Position numbers and translations under genes: made by a program | Notes under the pieces: generated by a model | Seen by the model: only the letters and a program-made list of their open reading frames with translations | Databases searched by the model: none | Told to the model about the DNA's origin: nothing | In this document: positions 1 to 9,814 of the stretch, piece after piece | Numbering within the stretch: the stretch's first letter is position 1 | Layout: each line of letters opens with the position of its first letter | Assembly: GCA_014190575.1 (NCBI GenBank) | Contig: BJGQ01000014.1 | Coordinates: forward strand, 1,303 to 65,302 | Direction: 5' to 3' | Length of the DNA stretch: 64,000 bases | DNA from: Bacteroidota bacterium | GTDB lineage: Bacteria; Bacteroidota; Bacteroidia; Chitinophagales; UBA10324

Positions 1-273
1 GAAAAATAATTTGTTGCGCTTGTAATCAGCAATGGACGAAAGCATGGGAGAAATAAAAGCAATAACCAAGAAAGCAAACGACAATGAATAAGAATACAAA
101 GCCGATCGCATATATACTCTTCCGAATGCATGCACTTCCATTGGTGTTACACTATCATAATAAATCGGAAACACTGCTGATGTAATAACGAGCGAGTAAA
201 CCGAGTTCGCCCAATCGTACATGGCCCAACTGCGAATTAATTTTTTATCGCCACGCTGAAGTTGTTTTATCAT
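1..273 (-). CDS. MFS transporter, UMF1/Atg22-like family (first 91 codons; 3' end outside window)
   Basis: Not in the ORF track because it runs off the window edge. The reverse-strand ATG (complement of 271-273) opens MIKQLQRGDKKLIRSWAMYDWANSVYSLVITSAVFPIYYDS...FISPMLSSIADYKRNKLFF with no stop to position 1. The WAMYDWANS N-terminus and hydrophobic helices are typical of this MFS family. Confidence 0.6.
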   Translation of the reverse strand, partial: MIKQLQRGDKKLIRSWAMYDWANSVYSLVITSAVFPIYYDSVTPMEVHAFGRVYMRSALYSYSLSFAFLVIAFISPMLSSIADYKRNKLFF

Positions 274-402
274 GAACTGTTTTTTGATTGATGGCAAGGT
301 AAAAACATTTGACAACCATCATTGTTCTGTTAACAATATGATTTCAACAAAACCATTTCTCATTGGCAACACCATTAATTTTGGCGAAGCAGTAATTGAA
401 AC

Positions 403-609
403 ATGTACATCATTAAAATAAAAGGCAAAGTGAAAATTCCAGACTATGTACAAATTCGCGATGATAAATTCACGCTGCTCGCTTACTTCCGCGCTGACCG
501 ACCTGAAAATGCTTTGCTGAAATGCGGCCTGGGTGAGAGTGAAGAAAAAATAAAAAAAGTGATTGCTGAATTGCCTTACGGTAAAATTTTAAAACTTGAA
601 CTTGCATGA
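403..609 (+). CDS. hypothetical small protein (68 aa)
   Basis: ATG ORF whose stop overlaps the ftsE start (ATGA), suggesting translational coupling. No recognisable motif. Confidence 0.35.
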   Translation: MYIIKIKGKVKIPDYVQIRDDKFTLLAYFRADRPENALLKCGLGESEEKIKKVIAELPYGKILKLELA

Positions 610-1301
610 GTACTCCGATAATTGAATTGAACAACGCAGTGATTTACCAGGACGAAGCATTGGTGTTGAATGATGTGAACTTGAAAATAAATGCGCACGA
701 GTTTGTTTACTTGGTTGGAAAAACCGGTAGCGGAAAAAGTTCTTTACTGAAAGTATTGTATGGCGATTTGGATATTGCAGGCGGAACCGGACTAGTTTGT
801 GGTTATGATTTACAAAAATTAGAAGCGAAAGAAATTCCATTTCTCCGTCGCAAACTCGGGATTGTGTTTCAGGATTTTCAATTGCTGACCGACCGAAGTG
901 TGAATGAAAATTTATTATTCGTTTTGCGCGCAACAGGCTGGACCGATAAAACAAAAATGCACGAGCGTGTAACTGAAGTATTGGGAATGGTTGGGCTGAG
1001 CACAAAAGATTTTAAAATGCCACATGAACTTTCAGGGGGAGAACAACAGCGTATAGTTATTGCGCGTGCATTATTAAATCATCCTGAATTAATTCTTGCT
1101 GATGAACCAACCGGTAATCTGGATCATGCAACTTCTGATGACATCATTCAGTTGTTACAAAAAATTTGTCGCGAAGCAGGAACTGCTGTATTGGTTGCAT
1201 CGCATGATTTAATGGTGATTGGAAAATTTCCTTCGCGCACATTATTGTGCGAAGGCGGTCGCATTATGGAGCAGGCGAGTCAAGCAACTGTACCAGCTTA
1301 A
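606..1301 (+). CDS. ftsE: cell division ABC ATPase FtsE
   Basis: Walker A GKTGSGKSS, ABC signature LSGGEQQR and Walker B ILADEPTGNLD. It is a ~230-aa soluble ABC ATPase with an FtsE-like layout. Confidence 0.8.
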   Translation: MSTPIIELNNAVIYQDEALVLNDVNLKINAHEFVYLVGKTGSGKSSLLKVLYGDLDIAGGTGLVCGYDLQKLEAKEIPFLRRKLGIVFQDFQLLTDRSVNENLLFVLRATGWTDKTKMHERVTEVLGMVGLSTKDFKMPHELSGGEQQRIVIARALLNHPELILADEPTGNLDHATSDDIIQLLQKICREAGTAVLVASHDLMVIGKFPSRTLLCEGGRIMEQASQATVPA

Positions 1302-2391
1302 GCGCGTTGTTTCTGTTGCTGAAATTTTCTTCCAGAATATTAATTCTTCTTTCAGATTCTTCCTGTGTGAAATCATTTTCCATCAGTTGATGAATGGTAT
1401 CCACCATTTCTTCTGATTTTTCTTTTACGATACATAAACCATCCAAACCGCTTTCTTCCACCATCGCTTTATTCACTAACACATATCTCCCACGAAACAA
1501 TGCATTCAGTAATTTCAGTTTGGTTCCGGTTTGCTGAAAAGTCGGCAACACATTTATCTGCGCATTCGCCAGCAACTCATTCAACTTTGCTTCGGTTGGA
1601 TTTTCTACCAATTGAATGTGCGGATACGGAGCAATTAATTTTTTTATAGTTGGTGAAGGATTGGCTCCGGCAATAATGCACGGATAATTTATTTTACTGA
1701 AAACTTTACTAACCAGCCACGCAGCCGCCTGAATGTTTTCGCTCACCGATAAATTTCCGTGGTATAAAATAAAATCGCCACGACCAACTTTGCTGATGCA
1801 AATTTCATTCGGATGAAATGCAGGCAAGTATGTTACCTGATTATATTTTGCTGATAGTGTTTTAAAATCAATGGAAGAAATCGGCAGAATGTGATTGGCC
1901 TTCTTCAGAATTTTTTCATAAAATTTCAACTTCACTGATTCAGTATAAAAATAAAACCGGCGCAGCATGTTTTGTTCTGACTGACCAAGACCTCTGTAAT
2001 AATCTGCTTCCACATTGTGCATGCGCACCAACTTATTTCTTTTTTCAAGTGATGGCGCATCTAAATGATAACAGGTATGCAACCCTTCAAATAAAATTGG
2101 TGCATTCAGGTCTTCCAGATTTTTCAGTAACGATTTTGCCCTGCGTGTTTTTACGATGTAAGGTTTAAAGCTGCTGAAATCCCGGAAGCTGTGTTCGCGG
2201 TGATAATAGTTTACACTTTCGCACAACAGGTTTAATTGCTCAGCCGGCTCACGACCATATTCATAACAATGTAAATGAATTTTTATTCCGGCTTCCTTGA
2301 GTGCTTTGATTTTATAATACACATCAATCACACCACCATAGTCGGGTGGATACGGAACATTGAAGGAAATAATGTGGAGTTGGTTGGTCAA
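1264..2391 (-). CDS. glycosyltransferase, GT-B fold (family 1-like)
   Basis: The N-terminus HIISFNVPYPPDYGGVIDVYYKIKAL is typical of Bacteroidota GT1-type enzymes. Its start overlaps the stop of the downstream glycosyltransferase (2388..3497) by 4 bp (2388-2391), and its 3' end overlaps convergent ftsE by 38 bp. Confidence 0.7.
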   Translation of the reverse strand: MTNQLHIISFNVPYPPDYGGVIDVYYKIKALKEAGIKIHLHCYEYGREPAEQLNLLCESVNYYHREHSFRDFSSFKPYIVKTRRAKSLLKNLEDLNAPILFEGLHTCYHLDAPSLEKRNKLVRMHNVEADYYRGLGQSEQNMLRRFYFYTESVKLKFYEKILKKANHILPISSIDFKTLSAKYNQVTYLPAFHPNEICISKVGRGDFILYHGNLSVSENIQAAAWLVSKVFSKINYPCIIAGANPSPTIKKLIAPYPHIQLVENPTEAKLNELLANAQINVLPTFQQTGTKLKLLNALFRGRYVLVNKAMVEESGLDGLCIVKEKSEEMVDTIHQLMENDFTQEESERRINILEENFSNRNNALKLVQLLDSPAP

Positions 2392-3497
2392 TTAATTTCT
2401 TTAAACGCAGTTATCAATTTCTCTTTTTCTAAATCCCAATTCCATTGTTCACGCGCTATCAAACAGTTTTGTTTTAAGCGGTTGTAAAGTTGTTCATTAT
2501 TTAACAGACTATTTAATGATTCAGCAATTTTTTCTGAATGTAAATCATAAATCAAAACTGCCACTTCAAATTCCTTATTCAGCTTTTCATATTCCGGAAA
2601 ATTTATGTTGAGCGATGGAATTCCGGCTTCAGTGTAATCGAAAAATTTATTAGCAAGTGAGTGATAATAATTTTTGCTTCGCGATTCCAATAAATTTATT
2701 CCGATGTATGCTTGTCGTGTTAGTGATTTCAATTCATCAGGAAAAATAAATCCTTTGAACTCAACTTTATTTTCCAGATTTAATTCTTTCACCAATAATC
2801 TCAATTGATTTGACAAATCTCCTTCCCCTGCTAAAATCAATTTTGCATCAACTGATTTCATTGCATGAATCAATGCTTCCAATCCTCTTCCTTCGTTAAG
2901 TGTGCCTTGGTATAAAATGTTTTTTGAAATTGAAGCGGAGCTCAGCACGGTTTGTAACCGTGCTGCGATCTCATGCACAGGAAAATTTCTTACCACAAGA
3001 AAATCTTTTTCATAATTGGTTTTAAAATAATTTGCCAATCCACCTGATACACATATTCCTTTTGTCATTCTTTTCACTGCATTTTTCTCAACTCGCTTCC
3101 AGAAATTCTGAATCGATTTTCTTCTTTCCACTTCAGGAGTTTCGGTGAATAGTTCGTGTGCATCATATACACACGGTTTTCTTTTCAGTTTAGAAATCCA
3201 TAAACATGGAATGATTGAATCCAAATCAATTCCACATACAATATCAAATTGATGAGTGAGCAGGAAAAAAAATAATCGCAAATTGTATTCGATGTAAAAA
3301 AGTTTTCCTTTTTCGAAAAACAATTTCATTCGATGTTGATGGAAAGATTTTTTAATTAATGGTTTTGAATTTTTCTTTTCTCTTCCAACTAACAGTACAT
3401 CATATCCTGCTTCCTGCATTGAAGTACAAATGCGAATCATCCGCTGATCGTAATTCAAATCGTTGGTAACAGTAAAAATGATTCGTTTCAGTTCCAC
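2388..3497 (-). CDS. glycosyltransferase family 4-like
   Basis: The protein is 369 aa. The C-terminal half has a GT4-like EGRGLEALI...LILAGEGD pattern. Its start overlaps the recQ stop by 10 bp (3488-3497). Confidence 0.7.
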   Translation of the reverse strand: MELKRIIFTVTNDLNYDQRMIRICTSMQEAGYDVLLVGREKKNSKPLIKKSFHQHRMKLFFEKGKLFYIEYNLRLFFFLLTHQFDIVCGIDLDSIIPCLWISKLKRKPCVYDAHELFTETPEVERRKSIQNFWKRVEKNAVKRMTKGICVSGGLANYFKTNYEKDFLVVRNFPVHEIAARLQTVLSSASISKNILYQGTLNEGRGLEALIHAMKSVDAKLILAGEGDLSNQLRLLVKELNLENKVEFKGFIFPDELKSLTRQAYIGINLLESRSKNYYHSLANKFFDYTEAGIPSLNINFPEYEKLNKEFEVAVLIYDLHSEKIAESLNSLLNNEQLYNRLKQNCLIAREQWNWDLEKEKLITAFKEIN

Positions 3498-5410
3498 TGC
3501 AATTGGTGGCTTTCGGTTTCAGTAATCATATTCTGGTCGATGAGCCAGCGCAAAGTATGCAACAATTTTTCTTCAGTAACTCCATGAACAGTCAGCACAA
3601 GTTGATTGTATTCCAGTTGGTTTTTGGTTAACGAACTTTTCAGTTGTTCGATTATATTTTCAAATTCAATGTCACTTACTTCTAATTTATTTCTTCGCAA
3701 ACACACATCACAAATTCCGCAACGATTGGTTTCTTCTTCGTTAAAATAATTTAATAAAGTTTCGTTCCGGCAATGCGCATGGTCAGTTAAGTAATGCAGC
3801 ATGGCCTGCAAGCGGTTGTGAAAACTTTCTTTCCGTTGATTTAACAATTCAGTATTGAATTGCAATTGTTCGCTGCGCATTCTTTCTTTCAGAAAAAACA
3901 ATTGCGGATTTTCATTTCGCTCTTCGTACTGCAATAAATTATTCTGTTGAAACACACGCATGTGCTTAATGATTTCAATGTATGTGGTGTTCAACACCTT
4001 CGCCAATTCTTCTTCCCGCACCTGCGAAAAATAGTCGAACACTCCACCATACGAACGCATGATGGCTTTGAGGAGCGCCTCGTGTTCGGGATGCATTACT
4101 TCATAACGATACAATGATTCCTTATCAACGGTCATCATTATCCTCGATGGCAGATAAACTGAATCGGAAAAAGATAAATATCCTTCCTGCTCCAAAAGTT
4201 TTAATGACTGCAAAGTGCGGATTGCATTGAACTGATAGGTTTTCAAAAAAACATTCAGATCGAAATTAAAACTTTCGCCCTGCCCTGCACCGTCAGCCAC
4301 TTTGCAAAAATTTCCAATGGCATTGTAAATATTTTTCACCTCTTCCAAATCCGGAAACTGGTCGGCTTCTCTCTTATTTAACTCAGTTACATCAGCGTTA
4401 TTATAAATGATAACTGCAAAAGATTTTTTTTCATCGCGGCCCGCTCGTCCTGCTTCTTGAAAATAACTTTCTAAATTATCAGGCACATCCCAATGCACCA
4501 CCAACCGCACATCAGGTTTATCTATTCCCATTCCGAATGCATTGGTGCAAACAATTACGCGCACTTTATTCTGAATCCAATCTTCTTGCTTTTGTGATCG
4601 TTCGCCATGAGATAGGCCAGCGTGATATTCAGAGGCACTGACATTATTCTGTTGAAGAAACATTGCAACTTCCTTTGTTCTTCTTCGGTTTCGCACATAC
4701 ACAATTGCGGTTCCTTTTACTTTATCCAGCATCTTTAACAACCTGCCGAATTTATCTTCTTCAAATAAAACGGAGTACGATAAATTTTTTCGCTCGAAAC
4801 TTCTGCGCACAACATGCTGCTGCTTGAATTGCAGTTTCTGCATGATGTCACTGCAAACAATTTTTGTAGCAGAGGCAGTTAATGCGAGAACAGGAATATC
4901 ATTTAACTCTTCTCGCACTTCGGCAATGCGCAGGTATGGCGGACGAAAATCATAACCCCATTGTGAAATGCAATGCGCTTCATCAACAGCCAGTAAACTA
5001 ATTTTCATTTTAGGTAATCGAGCACGAAAAATATCTGTGGTTAATCGTTCGGGTGATAGGTATAAAAATTTGTAATGACCTTCCACACATTTCTCTAAAG
5101 TCAAATCAACTTCGCGATAACTCATGCCTGAATGAATGGCAACAGCGGAAATTTTTCGGGAGCGAAGATTATTCACCTGATCCTTCATCAATGCAATCAA
5201 CGGAGAAATAACCAGGCACATTCCCTCCATATACATTGCAGGAATCTGAAAACAAATTGATTTGCCTCCGCCGGTTGGCATCAAGGCGAGTGTATCCTGC
5301 TGATTCAACACCGAAAGAATTACTTCTTCCTGAAAAGGCCGGAAGTGATCGTAGCCCCAATATTTTTTCAGGATCTCGTGCAATTCGCTTGACTTTATTT
5401 CGGCGCTCAT
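3488..5410 (-). CDS. recQ: RecQ-family ATP-dependent DNA helicase
   Basis: Motif I PTGGGKS, DEAH box LLAVDEAHCISQWGYDFRPPY, helicase C motifs and a zinc-binding Cys cluster (CRNETLLNYF...CGICDVC). Confidence 0.9.
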   Translation of the reverse strand: MSAEIKSSELHEILKKYWGYDHFRPFQEEVILSVLNQQDTLALMPTGGGKSICFQIPAMYMEGMCLVISPLIALMKDQVNNLRSRKISAVAIHSGMSYREVDLTLEKCVEGHYKFLYLSPERLTTDIFRARLPKMKISLLAVDEAHCISQWGYDFRPPYLRIAEVREELNDIPVLALTASATKIVCSDIMQKLQFKQQHVVRRSFERKNLSYSVLFEEDKFGRLLKMLDKVKGTAIVYVRNRRRTKEVAMFLQQNNVSASEYHAGLSHGERSQKQEDWIQNKVRVIVCTNAFGMGIDKPDVRLVVHWDVPDNLESYFQEAGRAGRDEKKSFAVIIYNNADVTELNKREADQFPDLEEVKNIYNAIGNFCKVADGAGQGESFNFDLNVFLKTYQFNAIRTLQSLKLLEQEGYLSFSDSVYLPSRIMMTVDKESLYRYEVMHPEHEALLKAIMRSYGGVFDYFSQVREEELAKVLNTTYIEIIKHMRVFQQNNLLQYEERNENPQLFFLKERMRSEQLQFNTELLNQRKESFHNRLQAMLHYLTDHAHCRNETLLNYFNEEETNRCGICDVCLRRNKLEVSDIEFENIIEQLKSSLTKNQLEYNQLVLTVHGVTEEKLLHTLRWLIDQNMITETESHQLQWN

Positions 5411-5541
5411 TATTGCCTAAATGTAGTAGTTAAAATCAGTAGGCAGAATGCAGTTTACAGTAGGCAGGAAATACAATTGAAAAATTTTTATTGTCTGTAT
5501 TTTCTAAATACTCGTATTTACTCAATACTTGTATTTACCGC

Positions 5542-5991
5542 TCAAGGCATAATTATTTTTCCTCCTGCAATCTCCACTAACTCAATCTGAAAAATTAAAT
5601 CGCGACCTGCGAGCGGATGATTGGCATCGAGAACAATTACTTCTTCTTCAATGCCCACAACGATTACAGGAACAGGATTGCCTTGCTGGTCTTGCATTTG
5701 CAAACTCATTCCCAATTCAGGAACAAAATCAGCTGGAAAATTTACCTTCGGAAATTTTAAAATCATTTCGTCGTGTGCTTCGCCATAAGCTTCGAGCATT
5801 GGTATTTCTACTTTTTTTGACTGACCAACTTCCATATCAATCATTGCATTATCGAAGCCGGCAATTACCTGACCTTCGCCAACTTTAAATTCGAGTGGAG
5901 CACGACCTTCTGAAGAATCAAAAGTTTCGCCGCTTGCTAATGTGCCGTGATAGTGAACTTTCACTGTATCGCCGTTTTGTACTTTTCTCAT
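5542..5991 (-). CDS. slyD: FKBP-type peptidyl-prolyl isomerase, SlyD-like (no His-rich tail)
   Basis: GDTVKVHYHGTLASGETFDSS...FKVGEGQVIAGFDNA followed by an insert-in-flap segment and LAGRDLIFQIELVEI. The protein is 149 aa. Confidence 0.8.
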   Translation of the reverse strand: MRKVQNGDTVKVHYHGTLASGETFDSSEGRAPLEFKVGEGQVIAGFDNAMIDMEVGQSKKVEIPMLEAYGEAHDEMILKFPKVNFPADFVPELGMSLQMQDQQGNPVPVIVVGIEEEVIVLDANHPLAGRDLIFQIELVEIAGGKIIMP

Positions 5992-6191
5992 TTGAAATAT
6001 TTATGGGGGCAAAATAAAATGAAATATTGTGGCAAGAAACTTTTTAAGAAATTTTACTTCATTTAAGATTTCTCACGGTGACATTACAGAGAAAACAGAG
6101 ATTTAATACAGGGAATACAATTGAATGCTCCGTGATTTCTCCATGTTGCTTCTCCATGTATTCTCAGTGCGAAAACATTTTCTACCAACTC

Positions 6192-7496
6192 TCAAAGAAT
6201 ATTTCTGATTGCTTCTGTTTTCAATAACACTTCTTCCAGTTCATTCTGCGCATCGGAATCAATGGTGATGGCTCCGCCTGCTGAGAATGATAAATATTTT
6301 TTTGCTGCATCGTATTGAATACTCCGAATCACCACATTGAAATCAAAATTATTTTCAGGGGAGAAATAACCAACAGTTCCCGAAAATAATCCGCGCTTTG
6401 TGTTTTCCAGTTCATCAATCAATTGCATCGCCTTGATTTTTGGTGCGCCTGTCATGCTGCCCATCGGAAAAGCATTTTTAATTGCTTCAGTTGCTAATAC
6501 TTCAGTTCGCAATTCACCACTCACAGTAGAAATCATTTGGTGCACACGCGGATAAGAATAAATTCCGAAGAGTTCTTCCACTGTTACAGTTCCGGGTTTG
6601 CAGCTTCGCGATAAATCATTGCGCACCAAATCAACAATCATCACATTTTCTGCACGATCCTTTTCGCTGTTAAATAATTGTTCGCGGAGGTTTTTATCTG
6701 CTGATTCTTCTTCACTTCTTTTTATCGTTCCCTTGATTGGTTGGGAGAAAATTTTATTTCGCTCCTTCGAAAGAAACCGTTCAGGGCTTGCACACAAAAG
6801 AAATTTATTATTCAGTTTATAAAATGCAGCAAACGGAGCCGGTGATTTTTCATTTAACTGAAAATATAACTGTAACGGATTACACGAATAATTTTCGCAA
6901 TAAAATTCTTGGCACAAATTCAACTCATACACATCACCTTGCCGAATGAATTCTTTAACCTCGTACACTTTGCGCAGGTAATCATTTTCATTCATTTTAC
7001 TATTAACCTCAGGAAAAGAAGAAACATGATTTCCGAATAGTGTAATTGCATTTATTTCTTCGAAAATTTTTTCTTCCGGTTTTTCGTTCGAAGAAATTTC
7101 CACTTCATTTCCTTTCAACTGAATTAATATTTCAGGAATAAAAAAATGCAGCAACGGAAAATTCAATTGCGATGGATTCTTGGAGTGCAGTTTTTCAATT
7201 TCATTTTTTACATCATAGCTGATGTAACCGAATTTCCATCCAACATTCTCTTCAATAAATTTTTGAAGAGAAGAAAAACAATTTTCTGAAACAGAAATTT
7301 CTTTCTTCGTTCCAACAGCCAATAAAAATTCTTCTTGCTGATGCCGGTGATTGTTGTATTGATTATTGTCGAGCGCTGCTATAGTTGAATATTGCTGCGC
7401 CCATTGCAATGCTTTCTGTTTAAATATTTTTATATCCCCCGAAATAAAAAAAGCGACAACTCTTTTTATTTCAGAATTGCCGCTTGTATGTATCAT
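6192..7496 (-). CDS. pabB: aminodeoxychorismate synthase component I (chorismate-binding enzyme)
   Basis: C-terminal chorismate-binding motifs: SPERF, AENVMIVDLVRND, PMGSMTGAPK, RGLFSGTVGYF and GGAI. It could alternatively be another TrpE/PabB-family member. Confidence 0.7.
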   Translation of the reverse strand: MIHTSGNSEIKRVVAFFISGDIKIFKQKALQWAQQYSTIAALDNNQYNNHRHQQEEFLLAVGTKKEISVSENCFSSLQKFIEENVGWKFGYISYDVKNEIEKLHSKNPSQLNFPLLHFFIPEILIQLKGNEVEISSNEKPEEKIFEEINAITLFGNHVSSFPEVNSKMNENDYLRKVYEVKEFIRQGDVYELNLCQEFYCENYSCNPLQLYFQLNEKSPAPFAAFYKLNNKFLLCASPERFLSKERNKIFSQPIKGTIKRSEEESADKNLREQLFNSEKDRAENVMIVDLVRNDLSRSCKPGTVTVEELFGIYSYPRVHQMISTVSGELRTEVLATEAIKNAFPMGSMTGAPKIKAMQLIDELENTKRGLFSGTVGYFSPENNFDFNVVIRSIQYDAAKKYLSFSAGGAITIDSDAQNELEEVLLKTEAIRNIL

Positions 7497-7515
7497 TAGT
7501 ATTTATCGGTGACGA

Positions 7516-7767
7516 CTAAAAATCATCATCGTCATCTTCATCGTCGTCTGTCAGTTTTGTGAAATCATCATCCAAATCAAAATCTTCTTCAATTTCAAGA
7601 TTCGATTCATCTAAATCTTCATCATCGTCTTGTTTCTTTTTGTTAGCAGGTTTTGGAGAATTTCCGGAAGTCTTTTTTCCGGCGGCGGCAGATGGTTTGG
7701 CGGCTTTCTTCGGTGCAGCGCTTTTAGCGGAAGATTTGCCTGATGATTTGGCAGAAGGTTTTTTCAT
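7516..7767 (-). CDS. hypothetical charge-bipolar disordered protein (83 aa)
   Basis: The ORF has a Lys/Ala/Ser/Pro-rich N-half and an Asp/Glu-rich C-half ending DDDEDDDDDF. It sits in the same orientation between pabB and purA. The antisense ORF 7559..7843 is a low-complexity shadow. Confidence 0.5.
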   Translation of the reverse strand: MKKPSAKSSGKSSAKSAAPKKAAKPSAAAGKKTSGNSPKPANKKKQDDDEDLDESNLEIEEDFDLDDDFTKLTDDDEDDDDDF

Positions 7768-7839
7768 GGGTGTTGATGAATGTGATGTAAATTTTGAAAC
7801 TGTTTTTGAATGTTCAAAATTTTTTTTGAATTATTTTTT

Positions 7840-9123
<1,284 letters not shown>

Positions 9124-9330
9124 TCACTGTAATTTTTTTGTATAGATAATTTGAGCCGCCGAAATTGCTGTTGAACATTGAGAAAACAAAACTTTAGTTA
9201 CAAACAAATTGGAGGAGTGAAAAGTGAAAAACTAAAAATGAAAAATTTCTTATTTCGCACCGAGAATACATGGAGAACATATTTTCAAACTATTTTTTGA
9301 TTGGAAATGCCAATTACTTAATTCCAAAAT

Positions 9331-9798
9331 CTACTTGCTCAAAACATTTCTTTTTTTCTCACAACTTTCGCATAAGCCGTAAAGAATTAAAGTGTGATTG
9401 TCAATTTTAAATTTCAGTAACTCACCCATCTTGGTCGTTATTTGATGAATGCGCGGGTCGCAGAACTCAACTACTTTATGGCAGTCCTTGCAAATGATAT
9501 GGTCGTGTTGTTTATATCCAAATGATTTTTCGTAAAGCGCTTGATTATTATCAAACTGATGCTTTTTTACTAACTGACAACTCAATAATAAATCAAGCGT
9601 GTTGTAAACTGTTGCGCGACTAATGTGGTGTTCCTTTTTATTTAAATCCTGAAATAATTTCTCCGCATCAAAGTGATCGTTGCGTTTATAAATTTCTTCA
9701 AGTATCGTATACCGCTCAGGAGTTTTTCGTTGTTTTTTTTCTTCGAGATACTGAGTGAAAAATTGTTGAACTTGTTTTATTAATTCGTTTTGTTTCAT
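9331..9798 (-). CDS. fur: Fur-family transcriptional regulator
   Basis: Winged-helix N-domain plus the metal-site pattern HHDHIICKDCHKVVEF...CESC. The protein is 155 aa. Confidence 0.85.
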   Translation of the reverse strand: MKQNELIKQVQQFFTQYLEEKKQRKTPERYTILEEIYKRNDHFDAEKLFQDLNKKEHHISRATVYNTLDLLLSCQLVKKHQFDNNQALYEKSFGYKQHDHIICKDCHKVVEFCDPRIHQITTKMGELLKFKIDNHTLILYGLCESCEKKRNVLSK

Positions 9799-9814
9799 AA
9801 TGCGTAAAATACAA

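Noticed and set aside
589-1005. 138-aa minus-strand ORF inside ftsE. Similar long antisense ORFs occur at 19723..20130 (in clpX), 24801..25211 (in the epimerase gene), 44599..44901 (in DUF58) and 46984..47343 (in the ABC exporter).
   Set aside because: Each lies fully inside a gene with strong motif support on the other strand. The products are Cys/Ser/Phe-rich with no recognisable motifs, so these are shadow ORFs.
1264-1301. 38-bp convergent overlap of the ftsE and glycosyltransferase 3' ends as a sign of a frameshift or mis-assembly.
   Set aside because: Both proteins have normal lengths and plausible C-termini. Convergent overlaps of this size occur naturally, and I saw nothing else anomalous.
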